Origin: Candidatus Marinacidobacterales bacterium
GTDB lineage: Bacteria; Acidobacteriota; Vicinamibacteria; Marinacidobacterales; DATDRI01
DNA length: 64,000 bases
Direction of reading: 5' to 3'
NCBI GenBank assembly: GCA_965226495.1
Contig: OZ245365.1
Location: forward strand, 2,272,001-2,336,000
Position numbers and translations under genes: made by a program. This document shows positions 40,662 through 50,012 of this stretch, piece by piece; within the stretch, counting starts at the first letter, position 1, and the number at the start of each line of letters is the position of its first letter. The notes beneath the pieces are model-generated. The model searched no databases, was not told the origin of the DNA, and saw nothing but the letters and a program-made list of their open reading frames with translations.

Positions 40662-40988
40662 ATGAGCCATCAAACCCGCCGAAAGTTCAGCGCCGAGGAA
40701 AAGGCCGCGTTGCTGCGCCAGCACCTTGTGGACAAGAAGCCCGTGTCGGACGTGTGCGACGAGCACGGCATCCAGCCGAGCGTGTTCTACAACTGGCAGC
40801 GTCAGCTGATGGAGAATATGGCCGCCTCTCTCGACGGGGGCGCACGGCATCGCAAGAGCAACGGGCAGGAGGAAAGGCTCGCGCGCGAGATCGAATCGTT
40901 GAGGGCAAAGCTCGCGAAGAAGGACAACGTGATCGCGGAGGTGTCGGAAGAGTTTGTACGCCTAAAAAAAGAACTTGGGGAGCCCTGA
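40662..40988 (+). CDS. IS3 transposase OrfA
   Basis: RRKFSAEEK...VSDVCDEHGIQPSVFYNW. Confidence 0.92.
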   Translation: MSHQTRRKFSAEEKAALLRQHLVDKKPVSDVCDEHGIQPSVFYNWQRQLMENMAASLDGGARHRKSNGQEERLAREIESLRAKLAKKDNVIAEVSEEFVRLKKELGEP

Positions 40989-41956
40989 CGGGTCGCTGGG
41001 TCCCCCCCGATACCCGAGACGAGGTCGTGGACTTCGTGACGAAGTGGTCGGCTACAACCGAGCTGCCGGCGACGCGGTTCGCAGCGTGGTTGGGTGTCGC
41101 CCGTGGAAAATACTACGCGTGGAAAAACCACTACGGCCGCGCCCACGAGCATAACGGCAAGATTCCGCGAGATCACTGGATCGAAGCGCGGGAGCGAGAG
41201 GCGATCCTCGACTACTTCGATGCCCATCCCCTCGACGGCTATCGTCGCCTAAGCTTCATGATGCTCGACGAGGATGTCGTCGCCGTGAGCCCGTCGACGG
41301 CGTTCCGGACGCTGCGGGACGCGGGCCGTCTCGATCGCTTCAATGGTCGGCCATCGAAGAAGGGTACCGGATTCGTGCAGCCTGACGGGGCTCACAAGCA
41401 CTGGCATATCGACATCTCGTACCTCAACCTCGCCGGGACCTTCTACTATCTGTGCTCGATTCTCGACGGCTACAGCCGTTTCATTGTCCATTGGGAAATC
41501 CGCGAGTCGATGAAGGAGTCCGAAGTCGAGACCATCCTGCAGCGAGCACGCGAGAAGTTTCCCGATGCTCGCCCTCGCATCATCAGCGACAACGGACCGC
41601 AGTTCATCGCTCGCGACTTCAAGGCGTTCATTCGACTCTCAGGCATGACCCACGTTCGAACCGCACCCTACTACCCGCAGTCCAACGGCAAGATCGAGGC
41701 GTGGCACAAGACGCTCAAAACCACGACCATCCGGCCCAATGCTCCAGCGTCCGTCGACGACGCCCGTCGCCTCGTCGCGTCCTTCGTCACCTACTACAAC
41801 GACAAGCGTCTTCACAGCGCCACAGGCTACATCGCACCCGCCGACAAGCTCGCTGGCCGAGAACACATCATCTGGACCCAACGCGATGCTAAGCTCGAGG
41901 CGGCTCGCGAGCTTCGACGTCAACGCCGCGCTCAACTCCGGGAGACACCAGCGTGA
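40964..41956 (+). CDS. IS3 transposase OrfB (reached by -1 frameshift at A7G, 40964-40971)
   Basis: WHIDIS, DGYSR, SDNGPQF, PQSNGKIE. Confidence 0.92.
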   Translation, partial: KKRTWGALTGRWVPPDTRDEVVDFVTKWSATTELPATRFAAWLGVARGKYYAWKNHYGRAHEHNGKIPRDHWIEAREREAILDYFDAHPLDGYRRLSFMMLDEDVVAVSPSTAFRTLRDAGRLDRFNGRPSKKGTGFVQPDGAHKHWHIDISYLNLAGTFYYLCSILDGYSRFIVHWEIRESMKESEVETILQRAREKFPDARPRIISDNGPQFIARDFKAFIRLSGMTHVRTAPYYPQSNGKIEAWHKTLKTTTIRPNAPASVDDARRLVASFVTYYNDKRLHSATGYIAPADKLAGREHIIWTQRDAKLEAARELRRQRRAQLRETPA

Positions 41957-42181
41957 TCGTCCGTTTCAACAGCCTCAGTCCAACACGTGTTCGACTGCGT
42001 TATCCTGCTAACCGCAATGTCGCGTTCCCGCTGAACCAATACAGTCGCCGCGCGCCGCCTGAACAGACCTAGACAGGGCCTGGATTACTCCTGTAATTCC
42101 GCGCTTTCCGCGGTTTTCGTGTTTGGGCATACGTAATTTCCTCTCTCTTCTATTTTCTCACGAAGAAAAAGACGCGCCCCT

Positions 42182-42700
42182 CTAGGAGCCTGATTTCGTC
42201 TGCTTGCGTAGGTCTATATATAGTTTTGCGACCCAAGTAATGATAACCAGCAAGATACCGGACCAAAACGCAAGTGCCGCATACCGAACCAGAGAGGTAT
42301 CGAAGAAGATTTCCTTGATGCTTTTCTCTGGGTCCCGGATAGTCACACGAAGTGCGTTCTGGCCTGGGACCGAAACATTAATATCGACGGTAGGGCCCGC
42401 CTGGATTCTTCGGTCTGGAGGAGAAATGTTCAGACCAGACCTACCGCGATATCGAATGCCGAGAGTGTTCTGAGGCGCAATTTCCAATCCATTCGCAATT
42501 GCCAGCTCCACGATTTCTTGGTAGCCCTTGTCTGGTGGTGAGAGGAAACCTTCTTTGAGAAGGGTGTCATAGCCAGCGGTGGCGGCGGCGAACCGCGGGG
42601 CGAGGGTTCTTCCTATCAGCGAGTCTGGCTCCGAGTTCTCGGCACAGTGACCGAGAATAGTCAGTAGGATTCCCGCTCCTGTCGCTAAATGCTTCAGCAT
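42182..42700 (-). CDS. Hypothetical membrane protein
   Basis: 172 aa, AGGAGG RBS, hydrophobic N- and C-terminal segments. Confidence 0.6.
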   Translation of the reverse strand: MLKHLATGAGILLTILGHCAENSEPDSLIGRTLAPRFAAATAGYDTLLKEGFLSPPDKGYQEIVELAIANGLEIAPQNTLGIRYRGRSGLNISPPDRRIQAGPTVDINVSVPGQNALRVTIRDPEKSIKEIFFDTSLVRYAALAFWSGILLVIITWVAKLYIDLRKQTKSGS

Positions 42701-42992
42701 TAGGCCTCCTTTCTAAATTATGACAGGATGACGCAATCCCTTATGACCATAAGGCGCGCCCTGTTTTCCTATCCTTATTATGTCTGTTCCTGCACGCCGG
42801 CCACGGCCGGTGTACATGGGACAAGGTCCCGTCGTAGCGCCTTCGCGGGTGTCTCGATTGAGTCACCACTCCGCGCTCTTCGCTGTACTTTGATGTCACT
42901 CAGTGACAACGATATATGGTGTAAATGGTTGATGATACTACAGAAAGGCTAATCGGCGGGGGTCCGCGTAAGTCGTTGAAAAATACTGATTT

Positions 42993-43043
42993 GGATTCCT
43001 AATCCGTAGGTCGGAGGTTCAAGTCCTCTCAGGCGTACCATTT
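42993..43043 (+). repeat. attR: duplicated tRNA-Arg 3' half
   Basis: GGATTCCTAATCCGTAGGTCGGAGGTTCAAGTCCTCTCAGGCGTACCATTT identical to 25823-25873. Confidence 0.92.
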
Positions 43044-43044
43044 G

Positions 43045-44103
43045 ATGAGAAGATTATCGATTGTTCCTCTCATTCTTCTAGCCGGACCTGTTTACTCTTC
43101 GCAAACGACTGAAGCCCCGCTCCCTGTCAAAGTCGTCGTCGTCGCGATGTTCGAACCTGGCGATGATGTCGGTGACCGCCCAGGGGAATTTCAAAACTGG
43201 GTGGAACAGTTCCCACTTCCCGAGACCGTCCCTTTTCCCCAGGGATACCGGAGTCTCCGGTACAGTGAACACGGCGTGCTTGGCGTGGTGACCGGCATCG
43301 GAACCGCGCGTGCCGCCGCCACCGTCATGGCACTGGGGATGGATCCTCGTTTTGACCTGAGCAGAGCCTATTGGCTCGTAGCTGGCATCGCAGGAGCCGA
43401 CCCTGCGGATATGTCGCTCGGATCAGTCGCGTGGGCCGAATGGCTGGTGGACGGGGACATCGCCCACGAAATCGATGTTCGTGAAGCCCCCCGGGATTGG
43501 CCTACGGGTTACGTTCCGTTGCGCAAATCCTTTCCCTATGAACAACCTCGCCCGGAAGACGACGAAGGAGCGGTTTATCGTCTCAATGCCGGCCTCATGG
43601 GATGGGCTTTTGAGCTTACCGAAGACATTGAGCTTCAAGATATAGAGGACATGAAAGTGTTGCGCTCGCGATACGTCGGTTTCCCGAACGCCCAGAGACC
43701 GCCCTTTGTCCTGAAAGGTGACAACATGGCCTCCTCTACTTTCTGGCACGGTCGACTGCTTACCGATTGGGCCAACGCCTGGGTGGAGTACTGGACCAAC
43801 GACGAGGGAAATTTCGTCACCTCGGCTATGGAAGATACTGGCACTCACCAGGCCCTCAATTTCCTTGCACAAGCGGGAAAGGTCGACCCGTCCCGTCTCT
43901 TGGTCTTGCGCGCCGCGAGCAACTACGTCATGCCGTACGAAGGCCTGACCGCCGCGGAAAGCCTCGCCGGTGAAAAAAAGGACAAGGGCTACTCCGCCTA
44001 CTTTCCTTCGCTCGAGAACGCCTATCGAGTAGGCAGTACCGTAGTCGAGGAACTCGTGAGGAACTGGGCTACATATGAAGATAACGTTCCCACGGTGAAG
44101 TAG
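43045..44103 (+). CDS. Purine nucleoside permease (NUP family)
   Basis: VKVVVVAMFE.G..GDRPGE, DPRFDLS.AYWLVAGIAG, AMED. Confidence 0.88.
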   Translation: MRRLSIVPLILLAGPVYSSQTTEAPLPVKVVVVAMFEPGDDVGDRPGEFQNWVEQFPLPETVPFPQGYRSLRYSEHGVLGVVTGIGTARAAATVMALGMDPRFDLSRAYWLVAGIAGADPADMSLGSVAWAEWLVDGDIAHEIDVREAPRDWPTGYVPLRKSFPYEQPRPEDDEGAVYRLNAGLMGWAFELTEDIELQDIEDMKVLRSRYVGFPNAQRPPFVLKGDNMASSTFWHGRLLTDWANAWVEYWTNDEGNFVTSAMEDTGTHQALNFLAQAGKVDPSRLLVLRAASNYVMPYEGLTAAESLAGEKKDKGYSAYFPSLENAYRVGSTVVEELVRNWATYEDNVPTVK

Positions 44104-44108
44104 AAGCG

Positions 44109-44132
44109 CAAATCTTGTCCGGACAAGATTTG
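44109..44132. terminator. Perfect 24-bp palindrome between convergent genes
   Basis: CAAATCTTGTCC|GGACAAGATTTG. Confidence 0.5.
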
Positions 44133-45508
44133 TTACTGCCCGTCTCGCCGTTCCTTCCCTGTCTCAACTGCGTAACTCATATCCCGCGTCGGAACGATCA
44201 CACCGTTCTGAGTGACGTAGTCTTCCCAAAGGGCGAGCAACTCTCGCCGAATCTCCGGCTCGTCTTCTGAGAGATCGCGAGACTCGGCGACGTCCGTGGA
44301 TAGATTGAAGAGCTCCCAACGCTCGGGGCCGTACGGTTCGAAGAACCACGTGAGTTTCCACCGACCCCTGCGAATCGCCCGCCGCCCGAAGAGTTCCCAC
44401 GCCATGACGAAGTTTTTGTCGTCGTGAATGGATACCGCGCGCCCGGTCAAGAAAGGTAGCATCGACGTCCCCTCGATAAGGGCTATGTCTCGCCCTTGGT
44501 AGGTGGTTCCAGGATGTTCGACTCCCGCAAGCTCCAGTAGCGTTGGGGCGACGTCTTTGACCGTTGCGATGCGATCGCTCCGTTCGCCGTCATGGTTTAG
44601 GCTAGGAAAACGCACGATGGCCGGGACCCTAACGCCTCCTTCGGTCGGAAACGTTTTGAACAATCGGAATGGTGCCACGACGGCTTGCGCCCACCCCGGG
44701 CTGTAGTAGACGTAGGAGTTGACACGTCCGATGTTCTGGTGGCTGTTATCGAAACGCCTCTCGATCCAACCATCTTCGTCGACCATCTGGGCGAGTGGAT
44801 TCCCCTCCGGACCGTTGTCGGAGGCAAAGAAGATGAAGGTGTTTTCGAGCTCGCCAGACTGATGGAGAAAATCGATCAAGCGGCCGATGTTGTGATCCAG
44901 GTTCTCCACCATGGCGGCGTAGATCTCCATGGTACGCGTCGAAGCTTTTCGTTCTTCTTCGGACAGCTCGTCCCAGGGGCTTTCGAAAGGAATCCGATCT
45001 GGGAGCGTTGCGGTGGAAGGAATGAGACCTTGCTGCTTGGCGTTCTGGAAACGCCGCGCGCGATGCTCGTCGTAACCTCCGTCGTAGACGCCCTGGTATT
45101 TGTTCAAGTACTCGTCGGGAACCTGGAGCGGCCAATGGGGAGACGTGTAGGCGGCGTAAGCGAAGAAAGGCTCGGCGTTCGCGCTCAAGCCGTCCCGCAT
45201 GTACTCGATGAGCCTGTCGGTGTAAAACGGCTCGAGTAGAAATCGTCCGGCAAGCTGATCTCCTGTCCGTCTTCGCGATAGGGAGCCGGGTGGTCCATCT
45301 CGATGTTCCTTACAGCGTCACTGAAGTGCGAGGCACCACCCGGAAGCAGTGCAAACGAACGTTCGAAGCCACGGCGGTGTGGCCCCTGGTGTTCCTCCCT
45401 TCCTAAATGCCATTTTCCAACCATATAGGTGCGATAGCCGCTGTCCCGAAGCAGCGTCGGAAAGGTGACGACGCGGTCGTTGAGGACACCCTCATATCCG
45501 GGCTGTCC
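44133..45508 (-). pseudogene. Arylsulfatase (AtsA-like), N-terminally truncated and frameshifted
   Basis: GKWHLG, SPHWPLQ, SDNGPE, EGGVRVP; frameshift at A4 45224-45227; no CxPxR region. Confidence 0.85.
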
Positions 45509-45546
45509 GACTTATATGCCAAGAGTGAAGGCAATGAAGAAATGCC

Positions 45547-47496
45547 TCATCGGCGCCTGTTATAGCCCATCACCTTGAGTGCGCCCGCGATCTCTTCGAG
45601 GATCGTCGGATCGTCGATTGTGGCCGGCATCTTGTAGTCTTCGCCATCGGCGATCTTCTTCATCGTACCGCGCAAGATTTTTCCGGAGCGTGTCTTGGGC
45701 AGCCGTTGAACGACGGTTGCGATCTTGAAAGCAGCGACAGGTCCGATCTTGTCTCGAACCATCTGGATGGCTTCTTTAACGATCTCGGTGTCATCGCGCT
45801 CGACACCAGACTTGAGGACGAGTAGCCCGAGGGGTAGTTCTCCTTTGAGCTCGTCGGCCACGCCAATCACTGCGCACTCGGCGACGTCGGGATGGGCGGA
45901 GAGAACTTCCTCCATCGCTCCGGTAGAGAGGCGGTGGCCCGCGACATTGATAATGTCGTCGGTCCTCGACATGACATATACGTAGCCGTCTTCGTCGATA
46001 AATCCGGCGTCGGCGGTTTTGTAGAAACCGGGGAACTCGGTGAGGTAGGCCTCGACGAATCGTTCGTCGGCGTTCCAAAGAGTAGGAAATGTGCCGGGTG
46101 GCAATGGCAATTTGAGAACCAAGGCACCGATCGTTCCCGATTCCACCTCGTGACAGTTTTGGTCCACAACACGTACGTCCCAGCCCGGCGCGGGCTTGGT
46201 GGGTGAGCCGTGTTTCACGGGTAGAGCCTCGATTCCAAGGCAATTGGAGCAAATCGCCCAGCCGGTCTCCGTCTGCCACCAATGGTCGATGACTGGAACG
46301 CCTAGGTTCCGTTCCGCCCACTGGAGGGTGTCGGGATCGGATCGCTCCCCGGCCAGAAACAGAGATTTGAAACCGGAGAGGTCGTACTTCTTGATGAGCT
46401 CGCCGTCCGGATCCTCCTTCTTGATGGCACGGAACGCGGTGGGTGCGGTGAAGAGTGTGCGGACACGGTGCTGAGAGATGACTCGCCAAAAGGCACCGGC
46501 GTCGGGCGTTCCTACTGGTTTTCCCTCATAGAGCACGGTCGTGTTTCCGTTGAATAACGGGCCATAGACGATGTAGGAGTGGCCCACGACCCAACCCACA
46601 TCGGATGCAGCCCAGTAAACGTCGCCAGGATTCACATCGTAGATATGCTTCATGGACCATTTCAGGGCGACGAGATGCCCGCCATTGTCACGAACGACGC
46701 CCTTCGGCTCGCCGGTGGTACCGGACGTATAAAGAATGTAGAGAGGATCCGTCGATGCTACGGGTACGCAATCATGGGGCTTGGCTGACGCCGCGGTTTC
46801 GTTCCAGTCGAGATCGCGGCCGGGGACGAGCTCTGCCTTCTCCATTGAACGTTGCAGAATGATGCACTTGTCCGGTTTGTGGTGGGCCAAGGTGATGGCT
46901 TCGTCGAGAAGAGGCTTGTATCGGATGACGCGCGTGACCTCAATCCCACAGGAGGCCGAAACGATCACTTTGGGCTTCGCGTCGTCGATGCGGACCGCCA
47001 ATTCGTTCGGCGCGAATCCGCCGAAGACCACGGAGTGCACCGCACCCAACCGGGCGCACGCCAGCATCGCCACCACAGTTTGCGGAACCATCGGCATGTA
47101 GATGACGACGCGGTCGCCTTTTTGGACGCCTTGTCCCGCCAGGCACCCTGCGAAGCGCGCGACCTCATCGCGCAGCTCACGATACGTGAAGGTTTGGATC
47201 GTGTCCGTGACCGGGCTGTCGTAAATGAGAGCCGCTTGATCCGCCCGGCCGTTCTCGACGTGCAGATCGAGGGCGTTGTAGCAGGTGTTCAGCTCGCCGC
47301 CGGTGAACCAGCGATAGAAGGGTTTCTTGCTGTCGTCGAAGACTTTGTCCCACTTCTTGGTCCAGTGAACGGCCTCGGCTGCCTCTGCCCAGAACCTGCT
47401 TGGATCCTCGAGCGAGCGTGTGTAGGTGGTCACGTAGTCCCTCGTGCCCCTCGTGCCCCTCATGCCCCTCATGCCCCTCATGGTTGACTGGCTCAT
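45547..47496 (-). CDS. prpE: Propionyl-CoA synthetase (acetate/propionate-CoA ligase)
   Basis: YTSGTTGEPKGVVRDNGG, DHWWQTETG, PKTRSGKILR. Confidence 0.88.
   Translation of the reverse strand: MSQSTMRGMRGMRGTRGTRDYVTTYTRSLEDPSRFWAEAAEAVHWTKKWDKVFDDSKKPFYRWFTGGELNTCYNALDLHVENGRADQAALIYDSPVTDTIQTFTYRELRDEVARFAGCLAGQGVQKGDRVVIYMPMVPQTVVAMLACARLGAVHSVVFGGFAPNELAVRIDDAKPKVIVSASCGIEVTRVIRYKPLLDEAITLAHHKPDKCIILQRSMEKAELVPGRDLDWNETAASAKPHDCVPVASTDPLYILYTSGTTGEPKGVVRDNGGHLVALKWSMKHIYDVNPGDVYWAASDVGWVVGHSYIVYGPLFNGNTTVLYEGKPVGTPDAGAFWRVISQHRVRTLFTAPTAFRAIKKEDPDGELIKKYDLSGFKSLFLAGERSDPDTLQWAERNLGVPVIDHWWQTETGWAICSNCLGIEALPVKHGSPTKPAPGWDVRVVDQNCHEVESGTIGALVLKLPLPPGTFPTLWNADERFVEAYLTEFPGFYKTADAGFIDEDGYVYVMSRTDDIINVAGHRLSTGAMEEVLSAHPDVAECAVIGVADELKGELPLGLLVLKSGVERDDTEIVKEAIQMVRDKIGPVAAFKIATVVQRLPKTRSGKILRGTMKKIADGEDYKMPATIDDPTILEEIAGALKVMGYNRRR
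47439..47482 (-). repeat. 9-bp tandem repeat x5 at the prpE 5' end
   Basis: CATGAGGGG x3 then CACGAGGGR x2; encodes MRGMRGMRGTRGTR. Confidence 0.85.
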
Positions 47497-47523
47497 GCGA
47501 TCGTCCTTCGAAGCCCTTCCAAA

Positions 47524-48831
47524 CTAGCGCACGCGGCGGCGTTGCATGTCCGCCTTCTCCATCACGCCGATCGCGACCTTCACGCCCATGCCCGCCTCAC
47601 CCCACCCGAGATCGAGTCGGACCATGTTGACAAAGGGAATAATCGCCCGTAGTCCAAACCCGTACCCACCAATGAAGCTGGGCATGAACTGCTCTCCGTC
47701 GTTCCAGGCGGTCCCGAGATCACCGAACGCGGCTAACTGTAACCCTAGAAATCCGGAAAAACCGAAAATCGATCCGGAACGGGGGGCCATCAACTCGTAG
47801 CGATATTCCAGAGCGTTGAGGAATTGGTTCTTGCCTTCTCGAGCGCCGAGAGTCCAGCCCCGGACCGTGTTGGTGCCCCCGATGTTGAATTGTAGATAGA
47901 CCGGTATGTCTTCGCCTACCGTACCGGTGCGCAACGACGCGAGGGAGAAGACGGCAAGCGTATGGCGGGTAGCGAGCGGCTGGTATCTCCGAGCGTCGAT
48001 GGTGTATGTCCAAAAGTCACTGTCGCCGCCGAGGATCCCACTCTTGGATAGGACGAACTGGTTCTGCCACCCTTCGTGTGGGTTCGAGATCACGTCTCGA
48101 CTGTCGTAAGCAATGAAGAAGCCAAGGGCGGGAATCTCGTCTTTGTTGCTGGACGAGAGAGTCACGCCACCGGTGTCGCTTTTGACGGACAGAAAGTTGA
48201 AGATGGCGCCGAAACGGCCGGTCTCGCCCCACCTCCGACCGAAACCGACTTCGAAGTCAGTGGAGACCTCTTGGAATTCGTAGACCTCATTGAAACGGTC
48301 GCGGTAAACGAAGGCTCCTTCGTAAGCCATGCGTGATCCCAGAAACAAAGGCGTTTCTGCCCTCAGTTCCACGACGGTCTGGCCGCCGAACCGGGCCGCG
48401 GCCGACATCTTGATGGCTCTACCCAGGAGGTTGACCGACTTGAGGCCTGGCCCTACCGCCGTGCCGTTTTCTTCCGTAATCTCAATGCTCAGAGTTGGCA
48501 GATACGGGAAAATCTCTCTGACGTCGATCTGAAGAACGACACCTTCGCCTTCGGCGATGGCGTTGAATTTCACAGAGCTGAAAACACCGAGCCGATCCAA
48601 CCGGTCCGGATCCCGATCGGCATTCACCGCAAGGTACGGCTGGCCTTCCTTGGAAGCGAGCTCTCTGATGACGAGCTCTTTTTTCGTATGGCGCAAGCCG
48701 GAGATTTCTATTCTCTTTAGAATCCTTCCCCAAAGAGACTGCTCGTCCTGTGCGGCAGTTGCCGGCGCCACGGCGAGTATGAGCAACCACGAGGTCAACG
48801 CTAGTCTGGCACCGGACTTGGAGGCGAACAT
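47524..48831 (-). CDS. Omp85 (BamA/TamA family) protein with a single POTRA domain
   Basis: IEISGLRHTK..VIREL POTRA; IGG.NTVRG; GYGFGLR. Confidence 0.85.
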   Translation of the reverse strand: MFASKSGARLALTSWLLILAVAPATAAQDEQSLWGRILKRIEISGLRHTKKELVIRELASKEGQPYLAVNADRDPDRLDRLGVFSSVKFNAIAEGEGVVLQIDVREIFPYLPTLSIEITEENGTAVGPGLKSVNLLGRAIKMSAAARFGGQTVVELRAETPLFLGSRMAYEGAFVYRDRFNEVYEFQEVSTDFEVGFGRRWGETGRFGAIFNFLSVKSDTGGVTLSSSNKDEIPALGFFIAYDSRDVISNPHEGWQNQFVLSKSGILGGDSDFWTYTIDARRYQPLATRHTLAVFSLASLRTGTVGEDIPVYLQFNIGGTNTVRGWTLGAREGKNQFLNALEYRYELMAPRSGSIFGFSGFLGLQLAAFGDLGTAWNDGEQFMPSFIGGYGFGLRAIIPFVNMVRLDLGWGEAGMGVKVAIGVMEKADMQRRRVR

Positions 48832-48872
48832 AGAGGTCGGTGCAGTCTATATTGCCGCTTCAGTCGAATCTA

Positions 48873-50012
48873 CTAGGGGAGAATTGTTTTGAGGCAGGTG
48901 ATGAAACGCTCGAGGTCTTGGTCGGTATTGTAGAGGTGTGGTGTTACACGAAGCGACGAGCCACGTACGCTGCAATAGACATTGTCCGCGGCGAGACGGG
49001 AGGGGAGGTCGGCCGGCGCGTTCGTGGGAAGTCTGAGGCACAGATAGTGGCCAGCGCGCAGGGACGCGGGGAGGCACTCGAGACCCAAGGAGCTTGTCTC
49101 ATCGGCCAAGCGCTTGGTCATGCTCGCGACGCTGTCACGGATACTCTCTACTCCCCATTCGAGAATCTGCCGAATCGCAGCATCAGCCATGGGAAGGAGT
49201 GCGAAATTCGACCGCTCTCCCACATCGAAACGGCGAGCGCCGGCCGCGAATCGATCCTCGTAGCCGGCCAACGCCGAGAAGTTCTCGGCGTTCCGGCGAT
49301 GGTACCAACTGTGTTCGATGGGGAGGCTGTCTTGCCAGCGCTTGGAGACATAAAGAAATCCTAGAGAGTAAGAGCCCAGGAGCCACTTGTAAGTGGGGAC
49401 TGCGAGAAAGTCCGGCTGGATTTCTTGCACCGAGAACGGGAGGACACCGAGAGACTGACTCGCGTCGACGACGAGGTGCGTTCCCCGCTTGCGGCACTGC
49501 TCTCCGATTGCAGCGAGGTCGAAGAGGCCGCCGTCCGTCCAATGACAGTGTGCCAGGGCCACCGTAGCCGTGTCGTCATCGAGCGCCTCGAGCACCGCCG
49601 ATGTCCAGTCTCCGTCGCCGGGCCTGGGAACGATCTTGACGTGGGCGCCGACTTCCTTGGCTCGCTCTCGCCAAGGATAGTAATTCGATGGGAATTGCTC
49701 CTCGGCGACGAGAATGGACTGGCCTTTCTCGAGCGGCAGGATGCGGGCCGCCGTCGAGATGCCGTAGCTCACGGCCGGGGTGATGGCAACATCCTCTGCC
49801 GTGCAACGGATCAATCCAGCGAAGACCTCTCTCAAGGACTCGGATTCCGTGAAGAAGTCGGGAGGACTGATCTCCCAGGGCGCGGCTTTCCGCATCACGC
49901 CACGTTTGCCGGCCTCTGTCACCGACTGCATCAGAGGGGACATGTAGGCGCAGTTCAAGTAGGTCACATCGTCCGGTATGTCGAAGAGCGCCCGCTGGTT
50001 CGGAAGAATCAA
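48873..50012 (-). CDS. Aminotransferase class V (PLP)
   Basis: YLNCAYMSP, VDASQSLG, YKWLLG, LRVTPHLYN. Confidence 0.9.
   Translation of the reverse strand: MILPNQRALFDIPDDVTYLNCAYMSPLMQSVTEAGKRGVMRKAAPWEISPPDFFTESESLREVFAGLIRCTAEDVAITPAVSYGISTAARILPLEKGQSILVAEEQFPSNYYPWRERAKEVGAHVKIVPRPGDGDWTSAVLEALDDDTATVALAHCHWTDGGLFDLAAIGEQCRKRGTHLVVDASQSLGVLPFSVQEIQPDFLAVPTYKWLLGSYSLGFLYVSKRWQDSLPIEHSWYHRRNAENFSALAGYEDRFAAGARRFDVGERSNFALLPMADAAIRQILEWGVESIRDSVASMTKRLADETSSLGLECLPASLRAGHYLCLRLPTNAPADLPSRLAADNVYCSVRGSSLRVTPHLYNTDQDLERFITCLKTILP

Larger units (their letters stand above)
40597..42043 (+). mobile_element. IS3-family insertion sequence (~1.45 kb)
   Basis: 26-bp imperfect IRs TGTTCTAGTTCAGTTGAAACGTGACA / revcomp TGTATTGGTTCAGCGGGAACGCGACA. 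Confidence 0.92.
25823..43043. mobile_element. tRNA-Arg(CCT)-integrated genomic island, ~17.2 kb, no integrase seen
   Basis: Perfect att duplication; accessory cargo, pseudogenes and two IS elements. Confidence 0.88.

Noticed and set aside
42161-42770. Similar GRCGCGCCC motifs flanking ORF 42182-42700 as cassette ends
   Set aside because: Only about 9 nt and GC-rich; cannot be distinguished from chance
42993-43040. Second tRNA-Arg gene
   Set aside because: Only the anticodon-to-CCA half is present; it is attR
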